A stretch of 64,000 nt of DNA. Source: a virus. A program made the position numbers and the translations under genes. The notes under the pieces are model-generated. The model was not told the DNA's origin. It made no database searches and was given only the letters and a program-made list of their open reading frames with translations. The DNA is taken from IMG/VR virus record IMGVR_UViG_3300020438_000001, positions 1 to 64,000 of that record. One strand, written 5' to 3'. Position 1 is the first letter of the stretch. Each line of letters opens with the position of its first letter. Positions 17,201 through 29,200 of the stretch are shown here, one piece after another.

Positions 17201-20200
17201 CCAATATTATCAAATGTTATATTTCCATCTATATCCATAGTTACATCTGCTTCTAATGGTACTATATTTATTTCATCTATTGTAATTCCTTTTTCTTCTA
17301 TTATATGTTTATAGAAAGAGAGTTGTAATCTATATTTATTAAGTAAAGTATTAGGTATAGATGCAAGAGCTCCTTTAAATGCAGGTAAAGATTGTTCTAT
17401 ATTTCCAAATTTACCTCTCATTTTTGTTTTAAAGTCATGTATAATTTTTCTACCAGTAGGAGTAATCTCAATAATATCTACTGAACCTGCTAATAGATCT
17501 GATTTATCTGCTACTTTAACTTCTGAGTATAATGTACTTCCATCATTTATCTTAGCTTCTACCCATGCTTTTAAATTAGGTAACGCTTTTTTAAATGCTC
17601 CTCGGTGCTCTTCAGGAACCGCAGCTAAAGCAACTTCATCTGTTTGTTGTTGTACAAGCTGTTCCATTACGTTATGCAAACCAGTTCCCATGTCATCTCT
17701 TAAGAAATCCCACAACTTCTGTACTTTATTTGCCGTGTTAAACACATTACCTTCTTTTCTATTATTAGCTGCTACTTTCTCTGCCATTTCTTGTTGATTA
17801 AATGGATCCTGGAATATCTCAAGTAATCTACTTACTCTGTTCATTTTTACACCGTCTTGAACATAATAGTTATCCTGCTCAGTAGGCGCCATAATCATGT
17901 TACTTTCCCCAATAAGCTGATTCATAGCATCTTTTTGTGAGTAGTTTTTTAAATAAGGTATTTTAGAAGCAGCTAATGCCGTACCTCTTTTAAGTAACTG
18001 CGCTGCTAATCCTGTAATGTTCTGAGTTTGTAATGCATAGTATTTATTTATACCGATGTTTTCTATGCTAAGTCCTCCCGGATTTACACCAGATGTTATT
18101 GCTACTGCTGCAGGTCCTAATACTTCAGATAATTGTGCAGATAAATCATTAGCAGCTGTATTGCCTCCTCTAAAGAAACGTTTAATAGATTCCCATAAGT
18201 TTCTAAGTGTATTCATTAATCCAGATCCACGTACAAACTCAGGTTCTATTCCTAACTCTTGTCCTACAATATATCTACTAAGAACTTTCCCGGCGGCTTC
18301 TTTAATGAACTGCTCGTCTGTAGTATACACTCCCTCATATTCTTTTAGTACATCTTGATAAAGTTTTGTTTGGCTAACTAAATCAAATAGCCTCGTCTTA
18401 AGCGGGCTCTGATCCATCATCTCTATGTAGAAATGGCCTGCTTCTTCTGGTAATGTATACCTATCTCTGCTATTTTGTATTTGTACAACTTTATTTGCCA
18501 TGTCTGCAACACCTATAGCATCAAGGCCTAATTTTTCTTTAAGATTATCATATTTTTCTACTGGTATATTAAAGTGTTCTAATAACCAAGTTTCTAATCT
18601 AGCATCTAAATCTGCTAATATACTTTCTTTAACCACTGGAGATAGTTGCGGCATAATATCATTAATACTTGAAGTACTTCCAGGGTTCTCTTCTTCTGTA
18701 ATATCAGTAATTGTAGGATTAAGTTGTTTCGATGGAGCTGGGTTAAGTACTTTATTTCTTGGATGTACACTCTCTAACATTAAAGTCTCTCCTGCCATTT
18801 CTACATATTTAAACCTTTCACCTAAAGGTTGTATCTCTTCATATATAGCTCCTGTTTTAGAATCTCTTACATGCTTATATAATCTAAACTTTCCTTCATT
18901 AAAAGATTTAAAGTATGATACATATTCATCTACTAGAGGATCCACTGAAGGAACTACTAGATTATTATTAGCATCTTCATGTACAAAGTATTCATTTTGA
19001 GTCATATTTAATGACTTTCTCATATTATCACTAGTTGATAAATTTTTACTGTCTACAGTTTTTAATAAATTACGGTCTGTAAACATGTTTCTTATAATCT
19101 GTTCCGCGGCACCTTCATCAAAATAATTAGCATACCCCATACCTCTTTCTTCTTTTCTAAAGAAGTCTGTTAGTCCTGAAGCACTCCAGTATGACATAGG
19201 TACTAAATCTACAAATGAGTTAGGTCCTAACATAAATCCTGATGTAAGTACAGAGTATCGAACTAAGTCTTGAGCTAAGTTTCTTACTTCTGCTCTTGGG
19301 TCCATAAGTAATTCAGCCCATCTATCTGTTATTTTATTCTTTTGGGCTGGGCTTAATTTTGTTGTATTATTAAATGCTATAGTTTGTAAAAATTGAGCTC
19401 TTCCAGTATTCTCTGCAGAGTTATATAACATACCTAAGAATGGATCATTCTGTAGATTGTACTTCTTTTTGATTCTAATTACATCATTAAGAAGAGATGT
19501 AGGTTTGTTAAACAACTTCTTCTGCAATGCATCTCTTTTATTATATAATAAATCTCCAAATGGTGATGTACGTTTAGTTAATGAATAAAATAATCCAAAA
19601 CTATTTATCACATCAGACAAGTCTGGCGTCATTATACCATCTCTTTGCCCTGTTAATTGTGCAATATTTGTTTTTAATAAGCTAAACCCGGGCCCATTGA
19701 ATGGTACAAACTGTCCTGTAAATTGTTCAGCTGCTTTTATTCCATAATTTATGTATGCATCTATCCTATCAGTAGAGTTTCCAATATTAATAGCTGAAGA
19801 TTCACTGTTTAAATATGTTACAGTATTATTAAACTGTTCTAAAAAGCTAAGCCTACTAAAGTTTTTCAGTGTTTCTGGACTCACAATCATGTTAAACTTC
19901 GATAAATCTCTACCCGCTTGTAAGTATCTTAACATGTCATATAGAATCTGTGTCTGTCTTTTAGCTAATTCTTTATCTGCTAACGTTCCTCCTAAATCCT
20001 TTTTCAAAGAAGCTGCGCTAGGTGTATGTATTGTTTGCTCTCTAAGTAATTCAAATGTATCCAACATCTCATACTTCTTAGCTATATCTTTTGCAATAGC
20101 ATAGTCTGTCTTTTCTTCTTGTAAATTTCTTTCTGCAAAAAATTCTCTTAGTATAGGCTGATTAATAAAATCTAACGCTACACCTTCATTACTAAATCCT

Positions 20201-23200
20201 ATTCTATTTAATAAAGATACAACTCCATTATTATAAACAGTTACTCCGGCTCTACCAATTCTTTGATACTTAGCATTATCTAATGCTTCGTTTTGGTTTT
20301 CAGAAATATAACTTGATATAAATTGTCCATTAAATCCTAGTACTCTACTTAAATTTGTGTGTGACCTCGACCCCTCAGCCTGAATATTAACAGCAAAATC
20401 ATCTTTTAATTTTACATCCATGTCTTGTGCTACTGCGTGACCTGTAGAATGTAATGAAAATAATCCAATCAGTAAAGCCGCATCTTTGTTAATCTTTTCT
20501 AAGTACATGTCAGCAGCTGTAGAGTTGATATTAAGATCAGATAAGTTAGGTACAATTCCTAATTTCTCATACTCTGCTAGTTTTAATGTATATGTATTAC
20601 TATCTAGTGGATCCATTAACTCCTTAACGTGATGCTTAGATGTAATAATAGATTGTCTTATATCGAACAATGCATTTGTTAATGCTTTATCAGATACTCC
20701 AGTAAAATCTTTTTTCGTTTCATATATATCTGCATTAAATGCACTAATCTTTGTTTTAGCTTTAGATATTTCTGGGAACATAAGATACATTTTATCAATA
20801 TCAAAGTCACTACCCATCATTGTAGTTATTTCAGCCGGTAATATAATTACACCTCCCATGTTTTCTGGTAAAACTTTAGTAATCTTAAGAGATAACATAG
20901 AGTTTTTACCCTGTGTAGGAATACGGTAGCCCATAATCTCAAATAATTGCTGGTCTACATTAGAGTCTACAGTATCTCCTGGCTTTAATCCAAGCTTAGC
21001 TGCTAACTCATAAGGTAATGCTACTTCAGCATACACTCCTCCATTAGCATGTTGTCGTATTTCAAGTTGAGAATCTAGTTCGTATCCAAATTCAGCTACC
21101 TGAACCACACTCATACCATTAAATCTTTGCTTAAGAACTCTATTCTTAAATAGGGATAGTAAAATACTTTCAAACCTTTTTGCAAATGGCGGGAAAGATA
21201 GTGGCGCTTCAAATCCATAAGCGTTAACATCGTCTACTAGCTTTTCTATTTTCATAGCTAAGTAATAGTTGTCTGGTAAATCTCTTTCTTCTAGGCTATT
21301 AATAGCTACATCTTTAACTTTTAATAAGAAATCTAATTGAGCTTTATTTCTAGTTTCTAGGTCTGTTGATTGTATAGCCTGCTGATAAGAATCCCATCCA
21401 AGTTCATTGGTTAATGCATCATGAGACCTTTTTATACGCTCTGCATATATTTCATTATATAGATCTTTTATTTGCTTACCATTATACTTACCTCCAAATA
21501 CATTATAATTATAACTATCTAAAATATTTGATAGTATTAGTTTTGCCATCTGTGTTCCGTCTAATGGTGCTTTTGTTTTTGTTTCTATTACTTGAGGAGA
21601 TCTTAAATTTTTAGTTTCTAATATCTCTACATTTAATCCTTCTAGATTAGAAATATTTTCTATACCTGATGCTCCTACTTTAAGGGCAGACTCAAAGTTT
21701 GCCATATCAATAGGTTGTAACCCTTTATATTTACCGACTGCTTCCATACGTTGTCTTAGATTATTTAAGGATACTTGTTCTTCAGTACCTTTAAACATTT
21801 CAGTAAACTCTCTTATTAAAGGAATCGTCGAATGCTTTATTTGTTCAAACGTTATAGTTTGATTGCCCTGAGAATCTGTTATAAGTCTTTCTCCAAAGTA
21901 ATATGTCTTTCTAGGATTTAATAATAATTTTTTAGATGCTGGGTCTCCCATTAATCCTTTTACCCAATATTTATTATACGCATCAGTATGCTCATCAGTC
22001 CAGGTTCCATCTGACTCCATTAAATTTTTATGGAATTCTAAAGTAGTAAACCCTTGTGCATCAGTCTTGTTAATTTTTGTATATGCATTAGCAATTCTTT
22101 TTGCTTCCTTTGTTTCTGTGCCTGCATTTTCTAATATTTTTTGGAACCTTGCTGTATCACCATCTTTAAATATATCTTCTAAAATAGTGTGAGTGAATTT
22201 AGGCTTAAGTCCATACTGCTTCTGCTCATTCCATACCGGCTCAAGTCCAGGAGTAATTGATTGATAAGCTCTTTTTCCTGCTTCTATAATTGGATTACCT
22301 GTGTCATCAGTTTTATAGTATGCTAAATCAGGACCAAATGTAGTTTGCATATAAGTTTTATATACTAAATCATTAACCGCAAATCTAGTTATAGCTGTAG
22401 TTATATCATTGTTTATTATATCTCCACGTAATGCAGACATAGGCAAAGACTCATTAGTTATAGAAGATCCAGTTACATTAATTGCTCCTGCTTCTGCAAA
22501 TGCTGTTATAGTTTGCTGAACATTATCTTGTAAGTACTTTAATAACCCTTCTTTTAATCCAACTCTAAGCTCTTCAATCTGAGCCATACTAGAAGCATTA
22601 ACACCTTTTCTTATAAGCCCTCCTTGATTAAATATTTTATACTTAGGGTCATTTAGTTGTGGGAATTGTATAAATCTAGTTCCATTACCTTGTTGGTCTC
22701 CTGGTTTATTTTTATAGTGTACATTCTGTCTTTGTTCTGATAATGCAATAGGATTAAATCCTGATAATTGATCATTAGTCTTAGCTATTCTAGCCATTTC
22801 ACCAAGGGCTGCAGGCATTAATAGTTCAACTCCAGTTTCATACCAACCATCTAGTCCAGTCTTACCGGATTTCCATAAACCTAATGCAGCATTTTCAGGC
22901 CCTATCTTTGGTAAGCTTAAGAATTTCCATTGTGTTTTATCTCCTTTAGTACCTGTATTAAATTCTCCATACTTAAATCCATTATTATAGAACATTGCAA
23001 ATCTAGATATTGCAGATAGTTTCTGATTCATAGTATCATATGCATTAGATCTACTAGCTGCATTCTTTTCTTTAACAACATCAAATGTACTTAAGGCAAA
23101 ATTAGCTCTTACTTCAGGATTATTAAATAATAAATCTAAGATTAAATGTCTGTATTTTTCTGTAGGACTATAGAACACATCATTATATCTCGATAAAATA

Positions 23201-26200
23201 GCAGCTTCATAAGTTTCTTCCGAGCTTAGTTCTAATGTAGTCTTAGAATCATATGTATTTAAATTAATTGCATAGATAGGTTTTTTGTTACCGCTCATAA
23301 ATGATGCGATGTAATTGTCTATAGTATAATCTACAGCAAGTTCTGCTAGATTTTTAAGCGCTGCAGACTCCATATTACCAGCCATATATGGGCTTATCCC
23401 ACTTTCTAATGCTCTTAGTATTCCGGCTCCGAATGAATTAGTACCTCTCATGTACTGTTCTAGGTCTATTGCTCTTACCGTTTCATCATTATAAATACCT
23501 TCCCATACTACATTATCGAATTTAATACCTACCATATCTAGGGTATCCTTCATGATTCTTAAGTACTGCCCTTTATGTTCTTGGTTTGTAAGATCTCCCT
23601 GGTTTTTTAATAAAGGTAATAGTTTATCATAAGATTGTCTTATTTTTTCTACTTCAGTTAAATCTATTAAATCATTTTCTCCATTTTCTTCTTGGAATAC
23701 TGGACTTTCTAATCTATTAGAATTCCATATATTAATAATTTGATTCTTTAATCCATTTCTATTTGTAAGGATTGTTCTAGTTTCTCCGTTCTCATCTAGT
23801 AATAGAGTTTTAAACTGGATATTTTGTTTATTGAAATGCGCAACAAATTTATTCTGCCATTGTGGAGATGATGCTGCGTATACTGTTAATACTTCACTAG
23901 CCATAGGGTGGCCTTTTTCTGCTAGCTTTTCTAATCTATTTAATACATTACCGCCAGGTGTATTAGCTAACGCTACAGACAGATATGCATACACCTCATC
24001 AAATGGTAAATATCTATTAGACCCTAAAAACTTTCCTTTTTCGGATTTAATAAAACCTAATTCAATTTTAATATCTTTAGATAATGTAGGCTTAGTTGAG
24101 CTATGATAATAATTAACTCCATGTATACGCTCTTTACTTTGCTCTTCATTTAAAGCTACTTGTTCATCTAAAGATACATCATCATTAGCTTCAATCTCAG
24201 TAGTTGTTTCTTCTACAAACGGAACAGTCTCTGTATCAATTTTACCATCTCGCTTTATTTTATACTTTATACCAAATTGATTGTCTAATGCTTTAACTGC
24301 TAAGCTTTCAAACCCGGGGCTAACTAAATTATCTAAATCATCTGTTCTATCTTTCCAGTTATTTTCTTGGGCTACTAACATAAAGTTATTACCTATTTTT
24401 CTAAGTGTCTCATTCTCAGATTGTTGTAATCTTTCTCCTGTTTCTATAAAACCTTGTTGTAACTTAGAGTAAGTAGATTTCATAAGTTTAGGGTCTTTCA
24501 TTACCTCTAACCACTTATCTCCATACTCTTCTTGTAATTTATTTTTTAGATTATAGTTCATAACCCCTACAATTTCATCAACTTGTTCTACTGTAAATCC
24601 AGTTTTCTCACGGAGTAAAGGTGCTTGTACTTGAGACTGTAATGCTGCATCTTCTTGAGGTAATATAAAATCTCTGTTAGTAATATCTCTAAACAAAGTT
24701 TCTATTGCAGAACTCATTCCTAACATATTCTTTATGTAATAAAGTAGTTCTTTAAAGAATTTTTTAATTGTAGAACCTAATCCTGACTCGTCTTCTGTAA
24801 GCCTATAGTTCATAAACTCTTCAGCTAAACGAGTTTCAATATCCGCTTCTTGTCCGTATTTATTTATAGCCTCCATCTCTATAGAAGTTTTTTCTTCAGG
24901 TGTTAGATGTAGATCATATATACGACGGAAAGCTTCCCAATACATAGTTCCTGTAGGAGCATTCTCTGCAACAGTAACCATGCCTCTATGATAATAACCA
25001 AAAGCTTGTCTACCATCTTTTAATGTTATATATTTTAATCTGTTTAGAACAGTAAGACCCTCTTCTCCAAATCTAGATAGAAACCACTGCTTTTCTATAT
25101 CGCTTATTAAATCAACAGCTCCTTCTAAATCTTCATATTTTCTAAACTTTATATCTATATCTTCATCAAGTTTATTTGGATCAATCTCTTCTATTGTATC
25201 AGTTGTAGTATCAGTAATCTCTGTACTACTTTCGTCTCCAAACACATCAGTAACTCTTTGTACTTCAGGCTCGTCTACAAGTATATCAACATTTTGACCT
25301 AACACTTCTCGAGCTTCTTCTTGCTCTGCTTCTATAATAATTTCCGGTGTACCTATAACTTCTACACCTTCATTTATAAAGTCTGGCATTTGATTTTTAA
25401 CTGGAGTTCCTTCTTCTATATATATCTTAGCATGATGAAACTTCTGAGAACTTCCTCCTGGAACATCAGTTGTAACAATACCCATTTCAGATAAATAAGT
25501 ATTATAATCTTTAAAAGATTCATTTTGTAGTGGACTAAAATATTCTTGCTTAGAATTAATTAAATGTTTTTGAACATTAAATACTTTTGTTGCTAAGTAA
25601 TCTCTAATGATTGTTGGGATCTGACCGAACTGAGAAATGTCTTCGCTTCTTCTAAGCTCATGAGATATTACATTTCCTTGAGAATCATATTCTTTAAATA
25701 AGAAAGGCTTACCATCCATAGCATCTTGGAAATTATTTCTCATCTTATCTCCAAGACCCTCCATATTATACTGTATACCAATTACTCTATTTGTTCCTGG
25801 AATAGGTATTTTAACTACTAGATTATCCATAGCTAATATACGTTTACTATTGGCCTGTTTAAATGTTTGATCTTGTCTAGCTCCTACTGGAGTATATACA
25901 ATTTTATTTACTAACTCTCTTTTCTCTTTAGGAGCTACTCCTTGCATTTTAATAATCTCTATTACTTTATCTATAGCTTTTTCTGTAAGTAATGAAGTCT
26001 CTGCTCTTACTGGAACCATTTGTCCGTTAGCAGACTCTAACGCTATATAGACTCTTCCTTGCTCAATATAAGATGTAGGAGAAACACTTACATCACTGTT
26101 ATTATATCTAACAGTTTGATCTTGCCCTACACCTATAATCATGTCACCGCTAATAGGACGTTGTATAGATTTACCATCTTTTTTAATATTAATTACATAC

Positions 26201-29200
26201 CCAGAAGTCTTTCCTGCTATCGTAGCTGTAACATCTTTAGTTCCCATTGCAGCAATCCTTGTTCTAAATGCACGGCTTTGTGCAGTTTTTTTACTTAGAA
26301 CAGATAAAACTTTACTCGGGTCAGATGCTAATCTTACAGTAACTACCACATCGCCTGATTGGCTAGATGGATAGTATTTATATTCTGGTTCAATTCGTAA
26401 GATGACTTTTGTACCTACTCCTAAATCTGGACTATTTAATAGTTTAAAATCAAATAAATCTTTTTCTTTTACGGCATCAGGAACTACTATTAATACTTGT
26501 TGCTCTCCTTTAACTTGTTTCTTTTGGTAATCCCATCCTTGCCAAGGTGCCATTTTACTTTCTTCTACTATTCTTCCTCCTTCGTAAATAGGTTTATCGT
26601 TTACTAATAATGGCGGATTATAATATACAAGTTGTACTCTATCATTACTTTCATCTTCTAATTGCTGCAACTCAGTTGGAGTAAGTTCTGTAATATCTTT
26701 AAAATAAAAACCTCCTTTCTTTCCCGGTGCAGTCCACATTGGTATAAGCATACCATCTTTATCTTTAGCCTGAGTAAATTTACCATTAGGCCCTACTACA
26801 CTTATTACTTGTGGTTGAAAGAATTCAAGGTAAGCTTTTTGTAAAGCAGGTTGAGTCTGTGTAGTAGCTCCAGGTACAGTAACTATAGATCCCTCTTCTT
26901 CTTTGACTGTTTTTCCTGATTGCGGATCCTCAGTAGCTTCGATAATAGCATTTTGCTCTTCGATAGCAGAGACCGCATCTGGGTTTTCGACTGTTGGTAT
27001 TTCTCCTTCATTAGTTATTTCTTCGATTTGACCCTGATTAACTTCTATTGATTCTCCGAGGACATCAATAAGCTCTCCTTGTTCTGTTATTTCTAACTTT
27101 GATTGGGAGGCGTTTGGCCCGGCTTCGCTCGTTCTATTTTCTGCATTGAGTTCAGCGGTAATCCTTTCCTCAGTTTTCGCAGGGTCTTCACTCTGCTCCA
27201 CTTGTCCTTCGCTAAAAGCGTTTTCTGTAAGTCTAGGGGCAGCAGCCGGTTTAGTTGAGTTAGCTTCATTGTATTTATTTTTAATATTATTAATTGTTTC
27301 TTGTATAGCATTTGATAACTGTATATTAGCTTGTCTTCTTACAGCTACAGACTCCGTCCCTTCTACAAGGGCTCCATCAATATCTTTAACAACTAAAGAG
27401 CCATCAAACAGATCTGTCTCATAAGTGACTATATATTCGTTACCGTTTTGTTCTATTATTAAGAAATCATTATTAACTAGATTTCTAAACGCAGTTCTTT
27501 TAACCGCTTCTAAGGTTTCAATAACATCTGCAATCTCATAAGTAACCAAAGGATTTGTAAATGTAACTTTTTTACCATTCCATTTAGTTAATGTAACTGA
27601 TACAACACTACCACTTGCGTCATATTCAATAGCATCTACTGGATTATCTGATAGATTATTAAAGTATTCATTATTAATGTTGAATGTTTTACCATCTGCA
27701 TTTATTTCTATGCCTAGTAAATCATCTCTTCTAAGTAACATATCTAGAGACCCTAATGTAGGCCCCTGTGTAAATTGCCCTAAAGCATTTCTATATCTTG
27801 AATCATGAGCTGATGGACTTTCATCTACAATATATTCTGTAAGAGTAGTTCCATCTCGGAATATTAGTTCATTTGTTTCAGCATCTCTATAAATAGATCC
27901 AACTTTATTCCCCCAAACAACTCCTACAGTTTGTATTACTTCATCAAACAATTCAGAGATAGGCATGTTAATACTCTCAGCATCACCATAAAGATAAGCA
28001 GTACTTCTTCCTTGAGTCTCTCTCCACTCCTGTTCCATCTTAGCACGCTTTGCCGCATCTCTTCTGCTAAGTTTTGGATTAAAAAGTTCTTTCTTAAGCT
28101 CTTCTATTTTACGGCCTATCTCATCATTAATCTCTTTTCTAGCTTGCTCTGCTAAGTTTTTTAAATTAGTTTTATTTTCTTCATAGGATTTTTGAATTGA
28201 TTGTTCTTCTTTAGCGTTTCTAAAAGCCTCTATAAATTCATTATAAAATTCTTGTATTTTTATATTGTCTGGATACTGAGCAAAAAATTCTGTAACTTGC
28301 TCTTCAGTCATTTCAGGATTCTTTTTTACAGCCTCCTTAAAATCCTCTATAATACCATTGTTTTCAGCTTCTTCTTTAATACGTTCTTTACCTACTACTG
28401 CTATATCGCCTAATGCTTCTGCTTCTGAACTATTAGAATAATAAGGATTCTCCTCTTTTAATAAATCTTGTAATCTATTCCAAGCTGCATCTCTATTCCA
28501 AGTAAATAATTGCTTTTTATTTTGCAGTGTAACAAGACTACCTTTATCAACTTTACTTAAGAAGTCATTCTCTGCTCTTAGGTCTTTATCTTCATATGTC
28601 TCTTCAGAAGCTTTCTTTAATACATTTTCTTCTGTTTCATTTCTAGCAATTAGATCCTGTAAGTTATTTATATATTGATTAAAGTTTTCTGCTAATGCTT
28701 TAGACTTTTCTTTCTCTTCTTTTGTTGCGGTTGTATCGTTTGCTACATCTTCTGCTCTTTCTTTTGCAAGCTCAAATTTACTAAGCTGATCTTGTAATGA
28801 TCTTTTCTTTAATTGCAGTTCATGTCTTTGTTTTGTATTAGGCCCAATATTATATTGCTCAACATTATAAATATCATCATTAATATTTTGTTCTATCTGT
28901 TGATCTATTTCTTTAATGAGCTTATCATACATAGTAACACTCATATCTAACTCTGTAAGAGCTCCCGCAACACCTGCTCCCCATTTAGAACTTGTTGCTC
29001 TATTTCTATAATTATTAAATTTCTTTTCAGTAGTTCTTAAGATGTTTATTAAATCTGCTTTTCTTGTAGCTAATTCAGACTCAGATTGTCCTGTTTCTTT
29101 TAGCATATCAGTAAATGCGGGATCATTCATCATCTCTTCTAGCTGATCCATATTTCCGGCTTGTGCTGAATTAAGCGCTAGCTGTAATGCCATAAGCTCA

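Noticed and set aside
18056-20104. Plus-strand ORFs of 100, 166 and 117 aa (18056-18358, 18500-19000, 19751-20104) antisense to the 5520-aa gene. The other short ORFs listed inside 14218-30780 belong here too.
   Set aside because: All lie within an uninterrupted 16.5-kb ORF on the other strand. Their translations are low-complexity (Ser/Leu/Phe/Ile-rich), as expected for the antisense of an AT-rich coding strand.
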